From positions 20,338,001 to 20,402,000 of the forward strand of contig NC_045697.1 of NCBI RefSeq assembly GCF_009834535.1: a stretch of 64,000 nucleotides of DNA. Reading direction: 5' to 3'. Made by a program: the position numbers and the translations under genes. Under the pieces are notes generated by a model. The model did not search any database and was not told the DNA's origin. It worked only from the letters and a program-made list of their open reading frames with translations. Shown here piece after piece: positions 40,263-52,826 of the stretch; positions within the stretch are counted from its first letter, which is position 1; the number at the start of each line of letters is the position of its first letter. The DNA is from Camelus ferus (Eukaryota).

Positions 40263-42989
40263 ATGTTTCTGTTTGTGTGCCAGGTGGATTTTAAGCCACA
40301 AATAAATTTGAATTTTTAAAGCAGCCTTCAAAATCGTGACCATTATTGTGTACTCAGTAAGCCAGAGGGCAAATCCCTTGAACCGAATCTCAGTGAGGAA
40401 AACAGATCTTCAACCCCTTTTCCTATAAACCTTCAGTTGCATTATTTCACCATTTTTTCTCTTTTTTGACTACCCTTAATCAAAGATAAGAAATATGTCA
40501 TATAATTAAATGCTTAAAAATGAAACCGTTTGCCTTATAATGGAAAGTGCTGAGAAATGACTAGTCATATTTTAAAAATAGTTTATTCTTTTAGAGAATA
40601 TGTTTGAATTATATTTATGTAATGAATATATTCAGTGGTTTCTACAAACTTAGAGGTGTCTTAGAAGTGTAATGCAAGTTTCATTGTACTCCCTGGAAAC
40701 TGACGGGATCCTATGTAGCACATGTTGTAGGTTTAGTGCTCTTTAGGAAAGTTCCACAATCACAAAAAGCCCAGGACCCACTCTAGCTGTTGATGAGATG
40801 GATAAAAACTGCATGATCAGGTACCATCTTCCTTTTAAGAAGTCTTATCATCCATTAACAAGGCAGGTCTGGAGGAGAACATAAGAGAAACTGTAGTGTT
40901 AGACTCACTGACCACCTAGTGGCTCAAATACAAGATCTAGACTAAGAAATACAGAAGGCACCGAGGAGCTTCGGTAAAGGGAATAAAACCTAGCGACCCA
41001 AATGGATTCATAAGAACAAGTCCTGTTTTTTAATTCATTCATCCATTCAGGCCCTTGGTTATTTGGTCAGTTATGCCACCCATGCTAATTAAATGCCAAA
41101 TAAGAGCCAGGCCTCTGGCCAGCTGCTGCCAGTGATTGATAATCATTATGAGGTCTTCTATCCAGTCAACAAATTAATGCAGTCATTCGCCTATCTTGAC
41201 TCTTCTGTGAAGTTGTGAATAGCTACCTGATTACTAGTGTTAACTACATGACCAAATTCTGAATCCTGAAGAGCAATCGTTAGTTTTGTTTTTGCCAAGA
41301 AACAAACAAAAAAATACACGATACACTGGGAATAGATACTCAAGCAGAGAAATTTCCCCTGAGTGCGATAGAGGGCTATTCTAAATCAATCAATAAATTG
41401 AGTTGGAAATGAATTATGTTTAGGCAGCATTGCCTACAGGCAAGAAAACTTTCCTGAAAGACATTTCCGTAAAATTCCCTTTGCTCCTATGGATGATTGA
41501 TTTTAAAACCAGACATTAGCATTCCAGTAGAATATTTTTTAAGGTAGTGTTTTGCCCAGAATTGTAAGGAAGATTACTAAGGCCGCCCATGTGTATTGCA
41601 ACCACTTGATGTTTATAATTCCCACTCAGGCTTCAACTGTAGCTAGGAAAACATTCTTATTGATCAGATTATCATCCTGTTTTTCCCCGACAGACATGGG
41701 GTTCAGAATTAGGATCCTTCTCAACACAGCAGAGTTAAAGGTAAGTCCTATTTGTCTCTCTTAGTTCAATAAATAGATGGGCTGACTAGTGATCTGGAAT
41801 GTTTATGTTATTGATATAATTCATCATTAATTTTGGTGATACCTCATCAAGATAAATGAGCTTATATATTTAATATAAAGAGTCATGTAAAATTCCTTGT
41901 TCAGTACTTTGAAAATTAATAATAAGTGCAATTTTTGATAGATTATATCAACAGCCATGTTACAATGGGTGAACATTTAAGTTAGAATGAATGTCAGAAG
42001 CAATGACTTGACTAAAATGTTTGCTATTTTTATATAATCCGTTAAGTCTTTGATTATTTGAAAAGCATAAGAAAATGAGTTGAATAATATATGCAAATTC
42101 TCTTGCCCTTCTCAAAGGAAAGATAAAATGTAAAGCTTGGAATTAATTCTCTCAAGCATTATGTTTCCTACATAACTAACTTTTTAGTGCTAAAATGTAT
42201 TTACTTCAATAAAACATGACTGTCTAAATGAAAGAATAAATCTTTAAAACACAAATACCAAATTTCTGTGGTTAACATTCAGTAATTTCTAAGAAAAATT
42301 TTGACAAATCCAATGGACAGTAGTCAGAAAACAAATCTATTTTATATAACTTCACTCAAAACCAATGAAATATTAGAAATTCAAGTGAAAAATAAATATA
42401 AATCCTAGCTTGGAAATAGTTACATTTCAAAATGGGAGTTGGGGGGAACTGCATATATATAGTCAATTAACCAATCAAAGTGAATGTGTTACAGTTATTC
42501 TGTGTCATGCATGACAAAGTAGAGGTCAAAAGCTGCTTAAATCAATGGAAGAAACATATGGTAAAGGGTCAGATTCATATATTTCATTCTCAGATAGGCG
42601 ATCCTGGAACAATATTCATAAAATACTTACATATGATATATAGTGTTGTTCTTCCTTAATAAATGCTTTTCAGTTAGAAACTATAGCTACTTTAATTGCA
42701 TTTACTGTAAACTCTAGACACTTGAAAAACGTGCAGAGAGGTTATCAACTAGTGGGAGAGATTGTACTACAGAGCTTGGAAGAAACTGGTTATCTGCTTG
42801 GAAGTTCAGTTTTTCTAAGTCTGTCTTAGCCTCAATGCACATTAAAATAGAAGAATGCACAGTATTAGATTTAGGAAAAATTCTCTTAATCAGCAATTTG
42901 GAGGAGAAGCCTAATAATCTACATTTCTTATGTATATCTGATGTAATACTGATGAATAACCAACTTTGAGAAATCCTGATATAAAAGTT

Positions 42990-43375
42990 TGATAAGAAGA
43001 TCTGGGTACTGAGTAGAAATGCTGTCACCAAACTGGGACAAGCTACTCACCTGCTATGGTCCTTAGTTTATTTATCTATAAAATAAGGGTGTTGGGCTAA
43101 GTAGGATCTGCAGACATCTAGCAACACTTAAATGGTTATGGAGACTGTTGTGTGTATTGTGACAAACATTGGTAATAATGAGGTAGAATAGAATAGAAGA
43201 GACAGTACTATAGGGCATTACACATGCTAAATGTAACTGCTGCATTGTGAAACTTTTTTGGTTGTGTGTGTATATGTACACTGGGATATGATTTTGTTTA
43301 CAGTGAGATGTGGTCAATTATTCAAGAACACTTGACTAGATGACTTCTAAAATTTCTTTCATTTGAAAATATTAA
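42990..43375 (+). mobile_element. MIR3-like SINE interrupted by a hAT-Charlie-type MITE (~43103-43334)
   Basis: MIR core ends ataaaataagggtgttgggctaag and resumes gactagatgacttctaa; the intervening ~230 bp has tagaatagaatagaa and gtgaaacttttt blocks recalled from Charlie MITEs. Confidence 0.5.
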
Positions 43376-43894
43376 AAATATGATATTTCTTCCCCTGGGC
43401 TAGGGACTTCAAGGGCAGAATCACTGAAGTGTTTAAAGAGGAAAATCAATCTACACATCACTTCTATGTCTAATATGTATTAAAGGAAATGAAGTAGAAA
43501 ACTGCAAACATTAGTATGATTTTAAAAATATTGCCCCATTCAAGATCAATATATTTCTGTGTGCTAGAAATAACAAACGAAAAAAAAATCTAGGGAATAA
43601 ATATTATCTATTTTAATAGTAAATGAAATATGAAACATTCATGAATATACAGAGCATTATACAGATATTATTTAAGTTAAAATAACCATTTTTAAGACAA
43701 ATAAGTACAATAAAATAAAAACACATAGGAACATATGAAAATGTCTAGTGCTAATTTTTGTTAGAACATGAATGAATCAACAATTCAAATAGATCAGAAA
43801 TCAGTGGAACAGAAAGTCAAGAAATAAACACGTAACACATACACAAATACATGCATAGAGGATTTAATAAAGAATGTATAGTACCACTCTGAAG

Positions 43895-44076
43895 CAGTGA
43901 TTCTCAGCCTTAGCTGTACGTTATAATCACCTGGGGAGGTTTAAGAAGTACTGATGCCTGGATGCCAACCCCAGAGATTCCAATTTAATTGCTCTGGGGT
44001 GTGGCCTGGGTACTGGGAGTTTTAAAAGCCCCCTAACTAATTATATATAATATTCAGCCAAAGTTGAGTATTATTG
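43895..44076. mobile_element. MER5A-family hAT-Charlie MITE
   Basis: cagtgattctcagcctt...aatcacctggggag...ccccagagattccaatttaattg...ggggtgtggcctggg...cagccaaagttgagtattattg. Confidence 0.85.
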
Positions 44077-44919
44077 CTTAAGGGAATTGAACGCTTTTAT
44101 TTACAATCACACATCAAAATCTGAACTTTGACAACAAACCCTCCAGGTGCATAAAATGAGCTAGACCATGTATTCTAATTCATCTTGACTGTCATCTTCA
44201 TGGGTTTTTCTGTCCCCAGTTACTACTGTCATTATCAATTATAACCCCTAAGCATACTTGAGATTAATCAGAGTTAGAAAAATGCCTTGTTACTTTGGTA
44301 TATTATGAAGAATAACAAAGAAAACCATATAGTATATAAAAATATATATGCATTTCAAGGGGAAATTATTTTAATCACTCACATTTGACTTATAACTAAA
44401 GCCCATAGGCTTAGTCCTATTTTATCCTTTACTCCCCATATCTCCTTGACACTTGACACGTTTCTGTCAAGGCCAAGGGAATATATATCTTTGCCCACTG
44501 TGGGTCTTTTCACTCTGCACAATTTTTCATTTTTCCTGATATTCATGCTTCTTTTCAGGTGAGTCAAACATACCAGTGGAGATACTTTTATACATTAAAC
44601 ATGCTTATTCTCATTGTGAGATCAGAAGTATAATATCATGTCCATAAAATTCTTATAAACACACAAACACATTTGAATTAAAAAAAAATGTAAGAATAGT
44701 TTAGAATGTTTCAAAACAGAAGAGGTTAAGGGAAACTAATTTTCCATAAAAAGATTTTAAGAAAATGAAGGATAATAATAATGTGTATTGGTTATTGGTG
44801 ATCTGTTAGGAAGAAAGTCAGGTATGAGTCCTACAGTACACTAAGATAAATTACAACAATATTAAAACTCAATAGAAAAATCAATGGAAACCTCAAATAT
44901 TAAAGCTTACTAATCAATT

Positions 44920-45408
44920 GAAGTTAGGGTAGGGAGATAAACTGGATTATACAATTTGGCCAATGTAGTTACTTGAGCCCTGACAAGTAGAAAAAGATGG
45001 CAGAAGAAATGTGTAAAAAGTTGAGGTAGAAGTCTAAGTGTGAGAGGTAACTGACCAGCCTCTGCTGGCTTTGAAGGGGACCATGAGGCAGGAAATATGG
45101 GTGAGACTCTACATGCTGAGATCCCTGGCTGGCATCCAACATGGAACCAGGGACCTCAGTCTAAACACATGGAGGTGAATTCTACCATCAACTTGAATGA
45201 GTCTGGGAGCATGCTCTCCCAGGGCCTCAAGAAAGGAAGGCAGCTCTGCCAACACCTTGATTCTAGCTTTGTGAATTTGAAGCATGGAACTGAGTGAGCC
45301 ATACTGTCTATAGTCTTCTGACTCATGTAAACTGTGAGATAATAAATAGGTGTGTTAAGTTGCTAAATCTGTGGTAATTTGTTATGGCAGCAACAGAAAA
45401 GTAACATA
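44920..45408 (+). mobile_element. MLT1 (E-like) MaLR solo LTR
   Basis: tgctggctttgaag...gggacctcagtc...aactgtgagataataaataggtgtgttaagttgctaaatctgtggtaatttgttatggcagcaacagaaaagtaaca. Confidence 0.75.
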
Positions 45409-47539
45409 GCACCTCTCCACTTCATACAATGCACCGAAGTTACTGGTAACTGATGTACATTCAATGGCTCCCAGTTGTCCCCAGGATGAAGACCAAGAAT
45501 TATAAAGTACTTCATGATCTGACCCTTGTTTATCTCTCCAGTTTATTCTTATTCATTCCCCACTCCCAATGTCCAAGCCCCAAAGTATTTGTTCTTCATA
45601 TGGCTTACCATTCTTCTTTTTTTCAAATCTCAATTTCCCAGCTTTGGATAGCCAGCTCCGCTAATCTTTTATATCCTGGTTTACATATTCTGTGGAAACT
45701 TAGGGACTGGTTTAGGTTCACCATTTTTATTAACTGTTATATAACCTGCACTTACATTCTCATAGTACTTTTATCATCCAGATTTATAAATGTCTGTTTG
45801 CTTATTTATAGTTCCTGTAGACCTATCTCTAATTTCTAATTCATGTAAACTGAAAGCTTATTAATGTATTCACTCATATATATTGTGAAACAAACCCCAG
45901 TTGAGCATACACTAAAAGGTAAAGAACTAAGGAGACGGAATTACCAGAGATGAGTTTTCTGTGGAAATGATATTCAAGAGGAGATTTAAAGTATTAGAAA
46001 GGACTAGCCATTGGAATCATTGTGAAAATCATTGTTGGGAGGCAAGAATGTCTGAGGTTAAATCTTGAGTTTTTGTTGATTTCTAGAACAGAATTTATAT
46101 TTTATGCTTATTTCTATGAAAGTGATGCAATGTAGTGATGGGCTACATAAAGAGTGGTTTGGAGGACACAGGATAGGACAGTTTGAGTTTATCTTCTTAG
46201 TATCAGAGATGTTAGTGAATTGGTCTAAAGTGTTGGCCATAAACAAAGAAAAAAGAATTTGGATTAAATCAAAGGAACCTACTAATAGTTTTAATGTGTA
46301 CATGATAAAGAACTGTACATCATTGAAGGCTTACTGTTCACAATTGTTTACCTAAAAATGACATAATGTCCTTCATGTAGTAGGCATTCCTGAATAATTA
46401 TTGACTGAATGAGTGAATAAGAGAAAGAATAACAAAATACTTATGAGACTAAAAGTGATTTCCTTGTGGAAGGGAAAATATGCCATCTATGATGGCATAA
46501 ATTACACAAAGCAGAGTCCCTGTTACATATTTGGTGCCCAGTAAGTAACTGCCTGTGAAAGGAAGACAGATTTTCTATAGAGTTTAATGTTACTTGAATT
46601 CCAAATATTTCTTCTCGCTATCTACATTTGTCTTTTGTCAAACTTGATGCATAAAATGAAAATATATATATTAGCATGCATTAACCAGTTTCTTTGACAT
46701 AATGAGTATTTAACAAAAATGATACACAGTTGAGTAATTTTGATACAGTGCCATTTTCTTTTTGATAACTGTTATATGGATTAATTTTCTCATTTGCTCC
46801 TTTAAAGTGTAAAAGTTGAAAAAAATGCACATTTTAATCACAATATTTGTTTTACTTCCAGTTTTTGAAGTCAAAGACAGAATTCTAAGTAAATAGTTGA
46901 GCAACATTTGAATATTGCAATGACTCAAAACTATAAAATCTAATCTATCGAATTACTATGCTTAGAATAATGTTAATATTTCTAAAGCAATTGAGAACCA
47001 CTTCTTCAATAAATTAATTAAAATGTTAAATTTTTTTTTTACTTAAATGGACTTAATTTTTCTTGGTATAAGATTTAAACAAAGACTAAAATTTAAACGA
47101 TAACTAATTTTTGCTTTTCAGGTAAATGTCTGCTAACAATTTTTAGCAATTAGTAAGCTATACATTCTTAATTATCAATATAAAATATCTAGTTGTGTTG
47201 TCACTTGGGTGTCTGGAATTAGACATTTTTCTTCTTTCATTAATTGCATCTATATAAAACTATTTTTTTCTGACAATGCTAATGTAATATTCCTTAAATA
47301 TTGTTAAGTATGCTCTACAATTTCCTTTGAGCTATATAATAAGATATTTTACATACAATATTAAAAGATGAATTATTACTTCAAATCAAGCATATTAAAA
47401 ACAAATGTTTCATTACAGAATATTTTATGCTTTTGTTTAGTGAAAAACAAGTGGATGGTAAGATTACATTTAAGTCAAGCTTTATTTCTTTTTCCAATAG
47501 GTAACCTGACAGTTTCTAATCCTCAGTGTAAATCCTCAA

Positions 47540-47585
47540 TTTTTTTTTAATTGAAGTATAGTCAGTCACACTGTGTCAATTTCTG
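47540..47585 (-). mobile_element. Extremely truncated L1 3' tip
   Basis: tttttttttaattgaagtatagtcagtcacactgtgtcaatttctg approximates the reverse complement of the last ~40 nt of the L1 copy ending at 34679. Confidence 0.65.
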
Positions 47586-48074
47586 TTGGTTTTTTCCCCC
47601 CCATTTTTTGAGCACTTATAAAGTAGAAGGACTAACCTGAGCCCTTTTTAGAATATTAATTTCAGAAAAGTGTTCCAAAAACATTATTCCCAAGACATGG
47701 GAGTATCAGAACAAGTACTAATTATTTTATGAAGGGTCAATGACATTCTCCCTCTATCTACCCATCCCTTATTTTCTTCAATAATTAGTTCATTTATTTG
47801 TCCAACATATATATTGAATGCTGGCAATGTCCTCGACACATGAATTTACACTCTTGAAAATGATACATTATGGTATCTGCTCTCATGAGCTTATCATCTA
47901 GTCTAGGGCACAGACATGAAAACATAAACACAAATTATAATAGAAGCAACAAAAGATGAAAATAAACCTAAGAAATCAATTTTGCGCTTGAACTCCTTTA
48001 CCTCTGATTTCATATCTACTATTAATATAGTATGAAAATAAAAAATATGATACATTCAGGCATTAGGAAGCCAC

Positions 48075-48540
48075 CAAATGGTTAAATTGTGCCCGTAACC
48101 CCCTCCCCCCAAAAGATGTTTATCAGGAACCTATAATTGTGAACTTTATTTGGGAACAGGATCTTTGCAGATATAATTAAGTTAAGCATCTCAAGATAAG
48201 GATACCCTAGAATTAGAATGGCCCCTAAATCTACCAACAGGCATCTCCATGAGAGATGGGCAAAGAGAAATTTGAAACAATGACACAGGGGAGAAAGCCA
48301 AGTGAAGATGAAGGCAGAGACTGGAGTTACGCAGCCGCAAACCAAGAAGCCTCTGGAGCCAACCAGAAGCTTAAAGAGGTAGGGAGTTATTTTCCCTTAG
48401 ACCCTTCAGAGGAAGTGCAGCCTTGCTACCTCCTTGACTTAGGACTTCTGGCCTCCAGAACCGTGGGAAAATAAATTTCTGTTGTTTTAAGGCACCAACT
48501 TTGTAGCAATTTGTTCTGAAAGCCCTAGGAAACTAATATA
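48075..48540 (+). mobile_element. MLT1 (B/C-like) MaLR solo LTR
   Basis: ttatttgggaacaggatctttgcagatataattaagttaag...aggcagagactggagttacgcagccgcaaaccaag...ataaatttctgttgttttaagg...ggaaactaatata. Confidence 0.85.
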
Positions 48541-50719
48541 GAGTGGCAGGGCCTGACTTATTTTTAAAAGGCTATGGAAACATAATTTTAGAAGTGTGAA
48601 GGCCAGGTGAGGGCTGCCTTCATTACCCAACTAAGGAACGTTTATGGTCTGGACCAATATGTAAGTTGAGATGGAAGCAGTGGATCGGGGAAGTCAATCA
48701 ATATGACTCTCAGAACATTTGCAGAAATAGTTGGGTAGATGGGGATATTGTTTACTTAGATGTGAAAGACAGGCAGAATAGTGGGGGAGAGGGTAGTTTT
48801 TATTCAAATATGAAATAGGAGATAAAAGAAGAGGAAATGTCATAGTAAATTTTGATTGTCACTATATACGCAAGATTTATGGACACAGACACACACATGC
48901 TTTTATTTGTGTTCTAAGCTCCTATTTAAATTACATTCTTAATGTAGATTACAATTTCAAATATTTGAAGACCATCTTTTAAAGGATAAAACTTTGATGT
49001 AAGAAGTTTATTTACCTAAGGGAGGCAAAGGAAGCAACGAGCACAGAGAAAGATTTCACAGGGCGCTGACGATGCAGAGTGGTGAGAACCCATCTCCGCC
49101 CATGATGGATGTTTTAAAGGTCAGCAAGTTTCAAGATTTACATCATAAACATGGATAGAACTGTGTCACGTGGCCACGGGAGAGGCAAATGCTTTCTAGT
49201 AGACCAAGTATAATATGCAAAACCAATGATGTAGTAACGCAGGTTATGTTGCAGGCACTTTAGTAATGAATAGATCGTTGCCCAGAGCAACCTGCTCTTC
49301 TTCTTACTGGACTGGGAACGTGTCTAGATGGAGCTCAGTGTCCTTAGCTTGGCCTTGCTGGAGGGCTCCATTCCGCTGCCTCGGCAGTGCCTCCTGGCTC
49401 TTGGAAGTAGCACATGGACAGGAGGCTGTGCTCTGATCAGAAGCCCAAGAGGGGTGTCCTGACTGCTAGTCAAGAGTTCAGGCTGCCGAACTGCTCATCT
49501 TTCGGTGGCCGGTCAGAACGTAGTGCCCATGTATTCATATTCGGTACATGTTAATCAGCAGACTCATTCCAAAATTTCAACACTGCCTCCCACTGAAAAT
49601 GCTCGGGTTTTAAAGTTTGGTTTACTTTTGAGCTTTTTCTCCTTCTTACGTGGCTCTCGATAGCAGTGCAGTTATAATGAGCCAAGCCAGCCATTACTCC
49701 ATTAGGGTGTATGTATGCCTCAGAGCAGGGATCTCAAATTACCTCTGAGCACCCTTCCCCAAAGCTTCACCGGGCTGAGCCCCGGGCCCGGTGCCGGGGC
49801 TGTGCCCCCTTCTCAGCCTGGGGGAGTCTCAGCAAGGGGGCTGCCTGACAGCTGCCTCTCTTGCTCCTTTGCATCTGTGAATCCAACCTTTGCTCCCAAC
49901 TCCTGCAACCTGCTAAAGACCTCCAGTTAATCAGAACTGCTCATCCGCAGAATCAGGTGCCTTTGTTCTTTATATTTTTTCCCATCCTTTATTTTCCTTT
50001 TTAATCTCCTAGTTATAGTAGAGAAAAAATTTACTTTAATCAAGCTCCAGTATAGCTTGTGTCAAGACTTAATAAAGCGCTTGACTTAATAAATGAATAA
50101 ATAAATACATAGATAAATAAGTAAAATTGAATAGGTCATTGCAGATGTACGTGCGAGTATACAAAGAAGGGGGTGGCCCATGTGGAGGCAAGAAGTAGTA
50201 TCTCATGGTCCTAAAATGTCACACAATAGATTCTGCTTGGATCTTTGTGATTTGGGAAGATGCTGATGGGTTTTAAAAGGTGGTGTTCAGGATCTGAACA
50301 GATTTTTAGTACCGAGAAGCTACATTCTGTGTCTCAGGAAGTTTCTAAGAGTGTATATTGGCTTTAATTAGCACAAAAGAATATGTTACTGCTCTATTTG
50401 TTTGAGACAAATATACCTACAATAACTGAGGATGGAAGCAATGCCCCACTGCTCCCTCACTTCTGAGGATAACAACAATGTTCTGTGATTCTCTTCTGTT
50501 TTCATCCTTCAAGACAATAAATATTTTTAAAAGTAGAAGTACAAAGAACATTTTTAGAGTCAAATTGGTGGTGGTGGGGCTTTAAACTTGAAGAAACATC
50601 ATCAATAAGGGCATCTGAATCCAGTTTTTTTAGATCCAGTTTCTCTCTCTCTCCTCTGATAATCTGGACAGTGAGCTGTGTCACTGAATATAGAGATAGT
50701 CCCCTGTAAGGATTTTAAA

Positions 50720-50806
50720 TGTTTATATATATATTTTATATATATATACACACACACACATATATATATATACACATACAGACATAATACACACACCCAT
50801 ATATAT
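50720..50806. repeat. (TA)n/(CA)n compound microsatellite at L1 tail position
   Basis: Directly visible; abuts the minus-strand L1 polyA signal. Confidence 0.9.
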
Positions 50807-51188
50807 TTATTGAAGTATAGTCAATTTACAATGTTGTGCCAATTTCTGGTATACATCACAATGCTTCAGTCATACATGAACATACAGATATTTGTTTTCA
50901 TATTTTTTCACCATAGATTACTACACTATATTGAATATAGTTCCCTGTGCTATACAGTATGAACTTGTTGTTTATCTATTTTATATACGTTAGTATCTGC
51001 AAATCTCGAACTCCCAGTTTAACCTTTCCCACCCTCTTCCCCTCCGGTAACCATAAGTTTGTTTTCTATGTCTGTGAGTTTCTTTCTGTTCTGTAAATAG
51101 GTTCGTCTGTCTTTTTTAGATTTAACATATAAGTGTTATCGTATGGTATTTTTCTTTCTCTTTCTGGCTTACTTTACTTGGAATGACA
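50807..51188 (-). mobile_element. 5'-truncated L1 (3' UTR)
   Basis: ttattgaagtatagtcaatttacaatgttgtg...tttctggcttactttacttggaatgaca, reverse complement of the other L1 3' ends here. Confidence 0.93.
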
Positions 51189-51814
51189 GTTATTTTCAAA
51201 AAAAAATGGAAGAAATCTTAGTACTATTTTGTTTTGGTAGTCTAGCATTATTTGATTCAATAAAGTTTCATGAGTTCCTACCAGGTATGAATAGTCTTCT
51301 AAATTGGAAGGAACAAAGATGGTAAAGAATATACTTAATTTTCAGTAGCTCAAATCTAATGAGTGAGAAAAAAATAACTAATGGTTTTTAATGATCAGAC
51401 TATAATGGAACATACAAAAGAGATTTAAATAATTTTCTTTGGAGTGTCTATGGTTACTGAGGAAAGGATGGTGATAATTATGACCAGTGGGATCTGGGAA
51501 ACCTTCTTAGAGGAGGTAGACTTTGTGGAAAATACTTAGGAGTGTGGAGAATTGGGAGTGGGGTCACAGCATCTTTTGAGGAAGTAATCTCTGAATGTCA
51601 AGGTGCTAGTGCTGAGGATCATTGAAATATTTTTTGAACATACTGGTGGCATCAGAAATTTTGTTTTTTCATAAAATCATGCTCATGACAGTGCTTAGAC
51701 CCTGCTAGAGTGGATATGCTGGAATAAATCGTCCTGATTCACAACCTTCTTCACATCTGCTAGCTCCTCCTTTCATTATTTTCTTTACCTGTGTGTACTT
51801 ACAATTCATTCATT

Positions 51815-52600
51815 TATTCATCAGATTGAGGGGTTTTTGTTGCAAGTTATCACAACCATAGATTTAAATATTCTAAAGGGACTTTTTGGGCTTATATCAC
51901 TAAAACAGTCAGAAGTAGGGAAGGCTTCAGGCTATGTTTAATCTCATTGCTCAAATCATACTAATTTTTATTTTTCCCCTCAGCTCATTCTGCTTCATGT
52001 GGATCCTAATCTCATAGAACTTTCTCTTCGTGGTCACAAATTGTTTTCTAAGGTCTGGGCTCTAGATAGTTCCACATTCAATGGGTGTTTCTATATTCAT
52101 ATTCCATCGATAGACCCTCATTGTCCCAACCATCCAAAAGAAAAAAAAAAAACAAAACTCTCCAATCTTTGTTCAGATTAGATCAATTTAGATCAGGTGC
52201 TCTTCCCAGAACCAATTCCTGGGGTTAGAAACATGACATTAAACCACGATTTTCAGCATCCATTACTACTGACATTTTGGCCAGATAATTCTTAAATGGG
52301 GAAAAAAATTGTCTTCTGTATTGGAGATGTGTGGTAACATCCCTGACCTCTACCCATTAGATGCCATGCTATTAACTCCCCTCACAAAAAAGTCCCCAAA
52401 TATTGCTGAAGGCCCTCTGGAGGGCTCCTGGTTGAGAACCACTAAATTAGGCTGATGCAGTTAAGTCTGAACTCTAAGCCAGGAGTAGAGAGGGATTCCC
52501 CTGAAGCCAGGTCCTGAGAAAATAATGGTGTAGAAAGACTGTGCTTTTTATTTGAGGATAATTAAGAGAAAGGGAGAAAGACGCTAGTAGCCAAAAAGAC
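51815..52600 (-). mobile_element. Old MLT1 (J/K-like) LTR interrupted by MER20
   Basis: atcagattgagggtttttgttgcaagttatcacaacc...tcaggtgctcttcccagaaccaattcctgggg resembles an old MLT1 reversed. Confidence 0.5.
52245..52444. mobile_element. MER20 hAT-Charlie MITE
   Basis: ctactgacattttggccagataattctt...catccctgacctctacccattagatgcca...ctggttgagaaccact. Confidence 0.78.
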
Positions 52601-52782
52601 AAAGTATATGCTAAAAATACATTTTCTCATTCATTCATTGAACATAAATGAATTACAAACTGATTACATATGTGATAATATGATAGGAAAAGTGAAGAGT
52701 GAGTTAAGTCTGGTGTCTACACCTAACAGCACAAAAGTCTACAATCACGGTCTACATTCCAAGTTACAGACCTTTCAGAATT

Positions 52783-52785
<3 letters not shown>

Positions 52786-52823
<38 letters not shown>
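52786..52823. repeat. (CA)n microsatellite
   Basis: Directly visible uninterrupted CA run. Confidence 0.97.

Positions 52824-52826
<3 letters not shown>

Noticed and set aside
40960..40975. Small hairpin accgag-gagc-ttcggt
   Set aside because: A 6-bp stem is expected by chance.
45453..45839. Longest ORF (128 aa, hydrophobic)
   Set aside because: Overlaps decayed L2-like T-rich sequence; no recognisable domain or exon structure.
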